Source: Eledone cirrhosa (lineage: Eukaryota). Taken from it: a stretch of 64,000 bases of DNA. The DNA is taken from NCBI GenBank assembly GCA_964016885.1, contig OZ024740.1, positions 409,262,001 to 409,326,000 on the forward strand. The letters run 5' to 3'. The notes beneath the pieces were generated by a model. The model searched no databases, was not told where the DNA came from, and worked only from the letters and a program-made list of their open reading frames with translations. Shown piece after piece: positions 15,001 to 29,600 of this stretch. Every line of letters begins with the position of its first letter. The stretch's first letter is position 1. Both the position numbers and the translations under genes were made by a program.

Positions 15001-18000
15001 TCAACACAACTTTCGACATTTAGTCATCGATCTCATGCATGTGATCTGAGCACAACCTTCGACATTTAGTCATCGATCTCATGCATGTGACATCATCACA
15101 ACTTTCGACATTTAGTCATCGATCTTATACATGTGATATGATCAGAACTTTCGACATTTAGTCATCAATCTCAAGCATGTGATATCAACAGAACTTTCGA
15201 TATTTAGTCATCAATCTCATGCATGTGATATGAGCACAACTTTCGACAATTAGTCATCGATCTCATGCATGTGATATCAACACAACCTTCGACATTTAGT
15301 CATCGATCTCATGCATGTGACATCATCACAACTTTCGACATTTAGTCATCAATCTCATGCATGTAATATCAACACAACGTTCAACATTTTGTCATCAATC
15401 TCATGCATGTGATATCAAAACAACTTTCTATATTTAGTCATCGATCTCATGCATGTGATATGTGCACAACTTTCGATATTTAGTCATCAATCTCATGCAT
15501 GTCATATGAGCACAACGTTCGACATTTAGTCATCGATCTCATGCATGTGATATCAACACAACCTTCGACATTTAGTCATCGATCTCATGCATGTGATATT
15601 AACACAACCTTCGACATATAGTCATAAATCTCATGCTTGTGATATGAGCACAACCTTCGACATTTAATCATCGATCACATGCATGTGATATCAACACAAC
15701 TTTCGACATTTAGTCATCGATCTCATGCATGTGATATGAGCACAACCTTCGATATTTAGTCATCGATCTCATGCATGTGATATGAGCACAACTTTCGATA
15801 TTTAGTCATCGATCTCATGCATGTGATATCAATACAACTTTCGACAATTAGTCATCGATCTAATGCATGTGATATCAACACAACCTTCGACATTTAGTCA
15901 TCGATCTCATGCATGTGACATCATCACAACTTTCGACATTTAGTCATCGATCTTATACATGTGATATGATCAGAACTTTCGACATTTAGTCATCAATCTC
16001 AAGCATGTGATATCAACAGAACTTTCGATATTTAGTCATCAATCTCATGCATGTGATATGAGCACAACTTTCGACAATTAGTCATCGATCTCATGCATGT
16101 GATATCAACACAACCTTCGACATTTAGTCATCGATCTCATGCATGTGACATCATCACAACTTTCGACATTTAGTCATCAATCTCATGCATGTAATATCAA
16201 CACAACGTTCGACATTTAGTCATCAATCTCATGCATGTGATATCAACACAACTTTCTATATTTAGTCATCGATCTCATGCATGTGATATGTGCACAACTT
16301 TCGATATTTAGTCATCAATCTCATGCATGTCATATGAGCACAACGTTCGACATTTAGTCATCGATCTCATACATGTGATATCAACACAACCTTCGACATT
16401 TAGTCATCGATCTCATGCATGTGATATTAACACAACTTTCGACATATAGTCATAAATCTCATGCTTGTGATATGAGCACAACCTTCGACATTTAATCATC
16501 GATCACATGCATGTGATATCAACACAACTTTCGACATTTAGTCATCGATCTCATGCATGTGATATGAGCACAACCTTCGATATTTAGTCATCGATCTCAT
16601 GCATGTGATATGAGCACAACTTTCGATATTTAGTCATCGATCTCATGCATGTGATATCAATACAACTTTCGACAATTAGTCATCGATCTCATGCATGTGA
16701 TATCAACACAACCTTCGACATTTAGTCATCGATCTCATGCATGTGACATCATCACAACTTTCGACATTTAGTCATCGATCTTATACATGTGATATGATCA
16801 GAACTTTCGACATTTAGTCATCAATCTCATGCATGTGATATCAACAGAACTTTCGATATTTAGTCATCAATCTCATGCATGTGATATGAGCACAACCTTC
16901 GACAATTAGTCATCGATCACATGCATGTGATATCAACACAACTTTCGACATTTAGTCATCGATCACATGCATGTGATATCAACACAACTTTCGACATTTA
17001 GTCATCGATCTCATGCATGTGATATGAGCACAACTTTCGATATTTAGTCATCGATCTCATGCATGTGATATGAGCACAACTTTCGATATTTAGTCATCGA
17101 TCTCATGCATGTGATATCAATACAACTTTCGACAATTAGTCATCGATCTCATGCATGTGATATCAACACAACCTTCGACATTTAGTCATCGATCTCATGC
17201 ATGTGACATCATCACAACTTTCGACATTTAGTCATCAATCTCATGCATGTAATATCAACACAACGTTCGACATTTAGTCATCAATCTCATGCATGTGATA
17301 TCAACACAACTTTCTATATATAGTCATCGATCTCATGCATGTGATATGTGCACAACTTTCGATATTTAGTCATCAATCTCATGCATGTCATATGAGCACA
17401 ACGTTCGACATTTAGTCATCGATCTCATGCATGTGATATCAACACAACCTTCGACATTTAGTCATCGATCTCATGCATGTGATATTAACACAACTTTCGA
17501 CATATAGTCATAAATCTCATGCTTGTGATAAGAGCGCAACTTTCGACATTTAGTCATCGATCTCATGCATGTGATATCAACACAACTTTCGATATTTAGT
17601 CATCAATCTCATGCATGTGATATGAGCACAACTTTCGACATTTAGTCATCGATATTATGCATGTGATATCAACACAACTTTCGATATTTACTCATCAATC
17701 TCATGCATGTGATATCAATACAACGTTCGACATTTAGTCATCAATCTCATGCATGTGATATCAACACAACTTTCGATATTTAGTCATCGAACTCATGTAT
17801 GTGATATGACCACAACTTTCGACATTTAGTCATCGATCTCATGCATTTGATATGACCACAACTTTCGACATTTAGTCATCGATCTTATACATGTGATATG
17901 ATCAGAACTTTCGACATTTAGTCATCAATCTCATGCATGTGATATCAACAGAACTTTCGATATTTAGTCATCAATCTCATGCATGTGATATGAGCACAAC

Positions 18001-21000
18001 CTTCGACATTAAGTCATCGATCACATGCATGTGATATCAACACAACTTTCGACATTTAGTCATCGATCACATGCATGTGATATCAACACAACTTTCGACA
18101 TTTAGTCATCGATCTCATGCATGTGATATGAGCACAACTTTCGATATTTAGTCATCGATCTCATGCATGTGATATCAATACAACTTTCGACAATTAGTCA
18201 TCGATCTCATGCATGTGATATCAACACAACCTTCGACATTTAGTCATCGATCTCATGCATGTGACATCATCACAACTTTCGACATTTAGTCATCAATCTC
18301 ATGCATGTAATATCAACACAACGTTCGACATTTAGTCATCAATCTCATGCATGTGATATCAACACAACTTTCTATATTTAGTCATCGATCTCATGCATGT
18401 GATATGTGCACAACTTTCTATATTTAGTCATCAATCTCATGCATGTCATATGAGCACAACGTTCGACATTTAGTCATCGATCTCATGCATGTGATATCAA
18501 CACAACCTTCGACATTTAGTCATCGATCTCATGCATGTGATATTAACACAACTTTCGACATATAGTCATCAATCTCATGCTTGTGATAAGAGCGCAACTT
18601 TCGACATTTAGTCATCGATCTCATGCATGTGATATCAACACAACTTTCGATATTTAGTCATCAATCTCATGCATGTGATATGAGCACAACTTTCGACATT
18701 TAGTCATCGATCTTATGCATGTGATATCAACACAACTTTCGATATTTACTCATCAATCTCATGTATGTGATATGACCACAACTTTCGACATTTAGTCATC
18801 AATCTCATGCATGTAATATCAACACAACGTTCGACATTTAGTCATCAATCTCATGCATGTGATATCAACACAACTTTCGATATTTAGTCATCGATCTCAT
18901 GCATGTGATATGTGCACAACTTTCGATATTTAGTCATCAATCTCATGCATGTCATATGAGCACAACGTTCGACATTTAGTCATCGATCTCATGCATGTGA
19001 TATCAACACAACCTTCGACATTTAGTCATCGATCTCATGCATGTGATATTAACACCACTTTCGACATATAGTCATAAATCTCATGCTTGTGATATGAGCA
19101 CAACCTTCGACATTTAATCATCGATCACATGCATGTGATATCAACACAACTTTCGACATTTAGTCATCGATCTCATGCATGTGATCTGAGCACAACCTTC
19201 GACATTTAGTCATCGATCTCATGCATGTGACATCATCACAACTTTCGACATTTAGTCATCGATCTTATACATGTGATATGATCAGAACTTTCGACATTTA
19301 GTCATCAATCTCAAGCATGTGATATCAACAGAACTTTCGATATTTAGTCATCAATCTCATGCATGTGATATGAGCACAACTTTCGACAATTAGTCATCGA
19401 TCTCATGCATGTGATATCAACACAACCTTCGACATTTAGTCATCGATCTCATGCATGTGACATCATCACAACTTTCGACATTTAGTCATCAATCTCATGC
19501 ATGTAATATCAACACAACGTTCAACATTTTGTCATCAATCTCATGCATGTGATATCAAAACAACTTTCTATATTTAGTCATCGATCTCATGCATGTGATA
19601 TGTGCACAACTTTCGATATTTAGTCATCAATCTCATGCATGTCATATGAGCACAACGTTCGACATTTAGTCATCGATCTCATGCATGTGATATCAACACA
19701 ACCTTCGACATTTAGTCATCGATCTCATGCATGTGATATTAACACAACCTTCGACATATAGTCATAAATCTCATGCTTGTGATATGAGCACAACCTTCGA
19801 CATTTAATCATCGATCACATGCATGTGATATCAACACAACTTTCGACATTTAGTCATCGATCTCATGCATGTGATATGAGCACAACCTTCGATATTTAGT
19901 CATCGATCTCATGCATGTGATATGAGCACAACTTTCGATATTTAGTCATCGATCTCATGCATGTGATATCAATACAACTTTCGACAATTAGTCATCGATC
20001 TAATGCATGTGATATCAACACAACCTTCGACATTTAGTCATCGATCTCATGCATGTGACATCATCACAACTTTCGACATTTAGTCATCGATCTTATACAT
20101 GTGATATGATCAGAACTTTCGACATTTAGTCATCAATCTCAAGCATGTGATATCAACAGAACTTTCGATATTTAGTCATCAATCTCATGCATGTGATATG
20201 AGCACAACTTTCGACAATTAGTCATCGATCTCATGCATGTGATATCAACACAACCTTCGACATTTAGTCATCGATCTCATGCATGTGACATCATCACAAC
20301 TTTCGACATTTAGTCATCAATCTCATGCATGTAATATCAACACAACGTTCGACATTTAGTCATCAATCTCATGCATGTGATATCAACACAACTTTCTATA
20401 TTTAGTCATCGATCTCATGCATGTGATATGTGCACAACTTTCGATATTTAGTCATCAATCTCATGCATGTCATATGAGCACAACGTTCGACATTTAGTCA
20501 TCGATCTCATACATGTGATATCAACACAACCTTCGACATTTAGTCATCGATCTCATGCATGTGATATTAACACAACTTTCGACATATAGTCATAAATCTC
20601 ATGCTTGTGATATGAGCACAACCTTCGACATTTAATCATCGATCACATGCATGTGATATCAACACAACTTTCGACATTTAGTCATCGATCTCATGCATGT
20701 GATATGAGCACAACCTTCGATATTTAGTCATCGATCTCATGCATGTGATATGAGCACAACTTTCGATATTTAGTCATCGATCTCATGCATGTGATATCAA
20801 TACAACTTTCGACAATTAGTCATCGATCTCATGCATGTGATATCAACACAACCTTCGACATTTAGTCATCGATCTCATGCATGTGACATCATCACAACTT
20901 TCGACATTTAGTCATCGATCTTATACATGTGATATGATCAGAACTTTCGACATTTAGTCATCAATCTCAAGCATGTGATATCAACAGAACTTTCGATATT

Positions 21001-24000
21001 TAGTCATCAATCTCATGCATGTGATATGAGCACAACCTTCGACATTTAGTCATCGATCACATGCATGTGATATCAACACAACTTTCGACATTTAGTCATC
21101 GATCTCATGCATGTGATATGAGTACAACTTTCGATATTTAGTCATCGATCTCATGTATGTGATATCAATACAACTTTCGACAATTAGTCATCGATCTCAT
21201 GCATGTGATATCAACACAACCTTCGACATTTAGTCATCGATCTCATGCATGTGATATTAACACAACTTTCGACATATAGTCATCAATCTCATGCTTGTGA
21301 TAAGAGCGCAACTTTCGACATTTAGTCATCGATCTCATGCATGTGATATCAACACAACTTTCGATATTTAGTCATCAATCTCATGCATGTGATATGAGCA
21401 CAACTTTCGACATTTAGTCATCGATCTTATGCATGTGATATCAACACAACTTTCGATATTTACTCATCAATCTCATGCATGTGATATCAATACAACGTTC
21501 GACATTTAGTCATCAATCTCATGCATGTGATATCAACACAACTTTCGATATTTAGTCATCCATATCATGCATGTGATATCAACACAACTTTCGATATTTA
21601 GTCATCAATCTCATGCATGTGATATGAGCACAACTTTCGACATTTAGTCATCGATCTTATGCATGTGATATCAACACAACTTTCGATATTTACTCATCAA
21701 TCTCATGCATGTGATATCAATACAACGTTCGACATTTAGTCATCAATCTCATGCATGTGATATCAACACAACTTTCGATATTTAGTCATCGAACTCATGT
21801 ATGTGATATGACCACAACTTTCGACATTTAGTCATCGATCTCATGCATTTGATATGACCACAACTTTCGACATTTAGTCATCGATCTTATACATGTGATA
21901 TGATCAGAACTTTCGACATTTAGTCATCAATCTCATGCATGTGATATCAACAGAACTTTCGATATTTAGTCATCAATCTCATGCATGTGATATGAGCACA
22001 ACCTTCGACAATTAGTCATCGATCACATGCATGTGATATCAACACAACTTTCGACATTTAGTCATCGATCACATGCATGTGATATCAACACAACTTTCGA
22101 CATTTAGTCATCGATCTCATGCATGTGATATGAGCACAACTTTCGATATTTAGTCATCGATCTCATGCATGTGATATGAGCACAACTTTCGATATTTAGT
22201 CATCGATCTCATGCATGTGATATCAATACAACTTTCGACAATTAGTCATCGATCTCATGCATGTGATATCAACACAACCTTCGACATTTAGTCATCGATC
22301 TCATGCATGTGACATCATCACAACTTTCGACATTTAGTCATCAATCTCATGCATGTAATATCAACACAACGTTCGACATTTAGTCATCAATCTCATGCAT
22401 GTGATATCAACACAACTTTCTATATATAGTCATCGATCTCATGCATGTGATATGTGCACAACTTTCGATATTTAGTCATCAATCTCATGCATGTCATATG
22501 AGCACAACGTTCGACATTTAGTCATCGATCTCATGCATGTGATATCAATACAACCTTCGACATTTAGTCATCGATCTCATGCATGTGATATTAACACAAC
22601 TTTCGACATATAGTCATCAATCTCATGCTTGTGATAAGAGCGCAACTTTCGACATTTAGTCATCGATCTCATGCATGTGATATCAACACAACTTTCGATA
22701 TTTAGTCATCAATCTCATGCATGTGATATGAGCACAACTTTCGACATTTAGTCATCGATCTTATGCATGTGATATCAACACAACTTTCGATATTTACTCA
22801 TCAATCTCATGCATGTGATATCAATACAACGTTCGACATTTAGTCATCAATCTCATGCATGTGATATCAACACAACTTTCGATATTTAGTCATCCATATC
22901 ATGCATGTGATATCAACACAACTTTCGATATTTAGTCATCAATCTCATGCATGTGATATGAGCACAACTTTCGACATTTAGTCATCGATCTTATGCATGT
23001 GATATCAACACAACTTTCGATATTTACTCATCAATCTCATGCATGTGATATCAATACAACGTTCGACATTTAGTCATCAATCTCATGCATGTGATATCAA
23101 CACAACTTTCGATATTTAGTCATCAATCTCATGCATGTGATATGAGCACAACTTTCGACATTTAGTCATCGATCTTATGCATGTGATATCAACACAACTT
23201 TCGATATTTACTCATCAATCTCATGCATGTGATATCAATACAACGTTCGACATTTAGTCATCAATCTCATGCATGTGATATCAACACAACTTTCGATATT
23301 TAGTCATCCATATCATGCATGTGATATCAACACAACTTTCGATATTTAGTCATCAATCTCATGCATGTGATATGAGCACAACTTTCGACATTTAGTCATC
23401 GATCTTATGCATGTGATATCAACACAACTTTCGATATTTACTCATCAATCTCATGCATGTGATATCAATACAACGTTCGACATTTAGTCATCAATCTCAT
23501 GCATGTGATATCAACACAACTTTCGATATTTAGTCATCGAACTCATGTATGTGATATGACCACAACTTTCGACATTTAGTCATCGATCTCATGCATTTGA
23601 TATGACCACAACTTTCGACATTTAGTCATCGATCTTATACATGTGATATGATCAGAACTTTCGACATTTAGTCATCAATCTCATGCATGTGATATCAACA
23701 GAACTTTCGATATTTAGTCATCAATCTCATGCATGTGATATGAGCACAACCTTCGACAATTAGTCATCGATCACATGCATGTGATATCAACACAACTTTC
23801 GACATTTAGTCATCGATCACATGCATGTGATATCAACACAACTTTCGACATTTAGTCATCGATCTCATGCATGTGATATGAGCACAACTTTCGATATTTA
23901 GTCATCGATCTCATGCATGTGATATGAGCACAACTTTCGATATTTAGTCATCGATCTCATGCATGTGATATCAATACAACTTTCGACAATTAGTCATCGA

Positions 24001-26680
24001 TCTCATGCATGTGATATCAACACAACCTTCGACATTTAGTCATCGATCTCATGCATGTGACATCATCACAACTTTCGACATTTAGTCATCAATCTCATGC
24101 ATGTAATATCAACACAACGTTCGACATTTAGTCATCAATCTCATGCATGTGATATCAACACAACTTTCTATATATAGTCATCGATCTCATGCATGTGATA
24201 TGTGCACAACTTTCGATATTTAGTCATCAATCTCATGCATGTCATATGAGCACAACGTTCGACATTTAGTCATCGATCTCATGCATGTGATATCAATACA
24301 ACCTTCGACATTTAGTCATCGATCTCATGCATGTGATATTAACACAACTTTCGACATATAGTCATCAATCTCATGCTTGTGATAAGAGCGCAACTTTCGA
24401 CATTTAGTCATCGATCTCATGCATGTGATATCAACACAACTTTCGATATTTAGTCATCAATCTCATGCATGTGATATGAGCACAACTTTCGACATTTAGT
24501 CATCGATCTTATGCATGTGATATCAACACAACTTTCGATATTTACTCATCAATCTCATGCATGTGATATCAATACAACGTTCGACATTTAGTCATCAATC
24601 TCATGCATGTGATATCAACACAACTTTCGATATTTAGTCATCCATATCATGCATGTGATATCAACACAACTTTCGATATTTAGTCATCAATCTCATGCAT
24701 GTGATATGAGCACAACTTTCGACATTTAGTCATCGATCTTATGCATGTGATATCAACACAACTTTCGATATTTACTCATCAATCTCATGCATGTGATATC
24801 AATACAACGTTCGACATTTAGTCATCAATCTCATGCATGTGATATCAACACAACTTTCGATATTTAGTCATCGAACTCATGTATGTGATATGACCACAAC
24901 TTTCGACATTTAGTCATCGATCTCATGCATTTGATATGACCACAACTTTCGACATTTAGTCATCGATCTTATACATGTGATATGATCAGAACTTTCGACA
25001 TTTAGTCATCAATCTCATGCATGTGATATCAACAGAACTTTCGATATTTAGTCATCAATCTCATGCATGTGATATGAGCACAACCTTCGACAATTAGTCA
25101 TCGATCACATGCATGTGATATCAACACAACTTTCGACATTTAGTCATCGATCACATGCATGTGATATCAACACAACTTTCGACATTTAGTCATCGATCTC
25201 ATGCATGTGATATGAGCACAACTTTCGATATTTAGTCATCGATCTCATGCATGTGATATGAGCACAACTTTCGATATTTAGTCATCGATCTCATGCATGT
25301 GATATCAATACAACTTTCGACAATTAGTCATCGATCTCATGCATGTGATATCAACACAACCTTCGACATTTAGTCATCGATCTCATGCATGTGACATCAT
25401 CACAACTTTCGACATTTAGTCATCAATCTCATGCATGTAATATCAACACAACGTTCGACATTTAGTCATCAATCTCATGCATGTGATATCAACACAACTT
25501 TCTATATATAGTCATCGATCTCATGCATGTGATATGTGCACAACTTTCGATATTTAGTCATCAATCTCATGCATGTCATATGAGCACAACGTTCGACATT
25601 TAGTCATCGATCTCATGCATGTGATATCAACACAACCTTCGACATTTAGTCATCGATCTCATGCATGTGATATTAACACAACTTTCGACATATAGTCATA
25701 AATCTCATGCTTGTGATAAGAGCGCAACTTTCGACATTTAGTCATCGATCACATGCATGTGATATCAACACAACTTTCGATATTTAGTCATCAATCTCAT
25801 GCATGTGATATGAGCACAACTTTCGACATTTAGTCATCGATATTATGCATGTGATATCAACACAACTTTCGATATTTACTCATCAATCTCATGCATGTGA
25901 TATCAATACAACGTTCGACATTTAGTCATCAATCTCATGCATGTGATATCAACACAACTTTCGATATTTAGTCATCGAACTCATGTATGTGATATGACCA
26001 CAACTTTCGACATTTAGTCATCGATCTCATGCATTTGATATGACCACAACTTTCGACATTTAGTCATCGATCTTATACATGTGATATGATCAGAACTTTC
26101 GACATTTAGTCATCAATCTCATGCATGTGATATCAACAGAACTTTCGATATTTAGTCATCAATCTCATGCATGTGATATGAGCACAACCTTCGACATTAA
26201 GTCATCGATCACATGCATGTGATATCAACACAACTTTCGACATTTAGTCATCGATCACATGCATGTGATATCAACACAACTTTCGACATTTAGTCATCGA
26301 TCTCATGCATGTGATATGAGCACAACTTTCGATATTTAGTCATCGATCTCATGCATGTGATATCAATACAACTTTCGACAATTAGTCATCGATCTCATGC
26401 ATGTGATATCAACACAACCTTCGACATTTAGTCATCGATCTCATGCATGTGACATCATCACAACTTTCGACATTTAGTCATCAATCTCATGCATGTAATA
26501 TCAACACAACGTTCGACATTTAGTCATCAATCTCATGCATGTGATATCAACACAACTTTCTATATTTAGTCATCGATCTCATGCATGTGATATGTGCACA
26601 ACTTTCTATATTTAGTCATCAATCTCATGCATGTCATATGAGCACAACGTTCGACATTTAGTCATCGATCTCATGCATGT
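1..26680. repeat. Homogeneous HOR layer: units of 4140 bp (90-mer), 5106 bp (111-mer), 5106 bp, 4140 bp and 8188 bp (178-mer, expanded)
   Basis: Rare variant GATCTGAGC recurs at 691, 4831, 9937, 15043 and 19183 (spacings 4140, 5106, 5106, 4140). Equivalent unit starts are at 1, 4141, 9247, 14353, 18493 and 26681. Confidence 0.92.
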
Positions 26681-29600
26681 GATATCAACACAACCTTCGA
26701 CATTTAGTCATCGATCTCATGCATGTGATATTAACACAACTTTCGACATATAGTCATCAATCTCATGCTTGTGATAAGAGCGCAACTTTCGACATTTAGT
26801 CATCGATCTCATGCATGTGATATCAACACAACTTTCGATATTTAGTCATCAATCTCATGCATGTGATATGAGCACAACTTTCGACATTTAGTCATCGATC
26901 TTATGCATGTGATATCAACACAACTTTCGATATTTACTCATCAATCTCATGTATGTGATATGACCACAACTTTCGACATTTAGTCATCAATCTCATGCAT
27001 GTGATATCAGCACAACTTTCGACATTTAGTCATCGATCTCATGCATGTTATATGAGCACAACTTTCGATATTTAGTCATCGATCTCATGTATGTGATATC
27101 AATACAACTTTCGACAATTAGTCATCGATCTCATGCATGTGATATCAACACAACCTTCGACATTTAGTCATCGATCTCATGCATGTGACATCATCACAAC
27201 TTTCGACATTTAGTCATCAATCTCATGCATGTGATATGTGCACAACTTTCGATATTTAGTCATCAATCTCATGCATGTCATATGAGCACAACGTTCGACA
27301 TTTAGTCATCGATCTCATGCATGTGATATCAACACAACCTTCGACATTTAGTCATCGATCTCATGCATGTGATATTAACACAACTTTCGACATATAGTCA
27401 TCAATCTCATGCTTGTGACATGAGCACAACTTTCGATATTTAGTCAACAATCTCATGCATGTGATATGAGCGCAACTTTCGACATTTAGTCATCCATATC
27501 ATGCATGTGATATCAACACAACTTTCGATATTTAGTCATCAATCTCATGCATGTGATATGAGCACAACTTTCGACATTTAGTCATCGATCTTATGCATGT
27601 GATATCAACACAACTTTCGATATTTACTCATCAATCTCATGCATGTGATATCAATACAACGTTCGACATTTAGTCATCAATCTCATGCATGTGATATCAA
27701 CACAACTTTCGATATTTAGTCATCGAACTCATGTATGTGATATGACCACAACTTTCGACATTTAGTCATCGATCTCATGCATTTGATATGACCACAACTT
27801 TCGACATTTAGTCATCGATCTTATACATGTGATATGATCAGAACTTTCGACATTTAGTCATCAATCTCATGCATGTGATATCAACAGAACTTTCGATATT
27901 TAGTCATCAATCTCATGCATGTGATATGAGCACAACCTTCGACAATTAGTCATCGATCACATGCATGTGATATCAACACAACTTTCGACATTTAGTCATC
28001 GATCACATGCATGTGATATCAACACAACTTTCGACATTTAGTCATCGATCTGATGCATGTGATATGAGCACAACTTTCGATATTTAGTCATCGATCTCAT
28101 GCATGTGATATGAGCACAACTTTCGATATTTAGTCATCGATCTCATGCATGTGATATCAATACAACTTTCGACAATTAGTCATCGATCTCATGCATGTGA
28201 TATCAACACAACCTTCGACATTTAGTCATCGATCTCATGCATGTGACATCATCACAACTTTCGACATTTAGTCATCAATCTCATGCATGTAATATCAACA
28301 CAACGTTCGACATTTAGTCATCAATCTCATGCATGTGATATCAACACAACTTTCTATATTTAGTCATCGATCTCATGCATGTGATATGTGCACAACTTTC
28401 GATATTTAGTCATCAATCTCATGCATGTCATATGAGCACAACGTTCAACATTTAGTCATCGATCTCATGCATGTGATATCAACACAACCTTCGACATTTA
28501 GTCATCGATCTCATGCATGTGATATTAACACAACTTTCGACATATAGTCATAAATCTCATGCTTGTGATAAGAGCGCAACTTTCGACATTTAGTCATCGA
28601 TCTCATGCATGTGATATCAACACATCTTTCGATATTTACTCATCAATCTCATGCATGTGATATCAATACAACGTTCGACATTTAGTCATCAATCTCATGC
28701 ATGTGATATCAACACAACTTTCGATATTTAGTCATCGAACTCATGTATGTGATATGACCACAACTTTCGACATTTAGTCATCGATCTCATGCATTTGATA
28801 TGACCACAACTTTCGACATTTAGTCATCGATCTTATACATGTGATATGATCAGAACTTTCGACATTTAGTCATCAATCTCATGCATGTGATATCAACAGA
28901 ACTTTCGATATTTAGTCATCAATCTCATGCATGTGATATGAGCACAACCTTCGACATTTAGTCATCGATCACATGCATGTGATATCAACACAACTTTCGA
29001 CATTTAGTCATCGATCACATGCATGTGATATCAACACAACTTTCGACATTTAGTCATCGATCTCATGCATGTGATATGAGCACAACTTTCGATATTTAGT
29101 CATCGATCTCATGCATGTGATATCAATACAACTTTCGACAATTAGTCATCGATCTCATGCATGTGATATCAACACAACCTTCGACATTTAGTCATCGATC
29201 TCATGCATGTGACATCATCACAACTTTCGACATTTAGTCATCAATCTCATGCATGTAATATCAACACAACTTTCTATATTTAATCCTCAATCTCATGCAT
29301 GTGATATCAACATAACCTTCGATATTTAGTCATCAATCTCATGCATGTGATATCAATACAACGTTCGACATTTAGTCATCAATCTCATGCATGTCATATG
29401 AGCACAACGTTCGACATTTAGTCATCGATCTCATGCATGTGATATCAACACAACCTTCGACATTTAGTCATCGATCTCATGCATGTGATATTAACACAAC
29501 TTTCGACATATAGTCATATATCTCATGCTTGTGATAAGAGCGCAACATTCGACATTTAGTCATCGATCTCATGCATGTGATATCAACACAACTTTCGATA

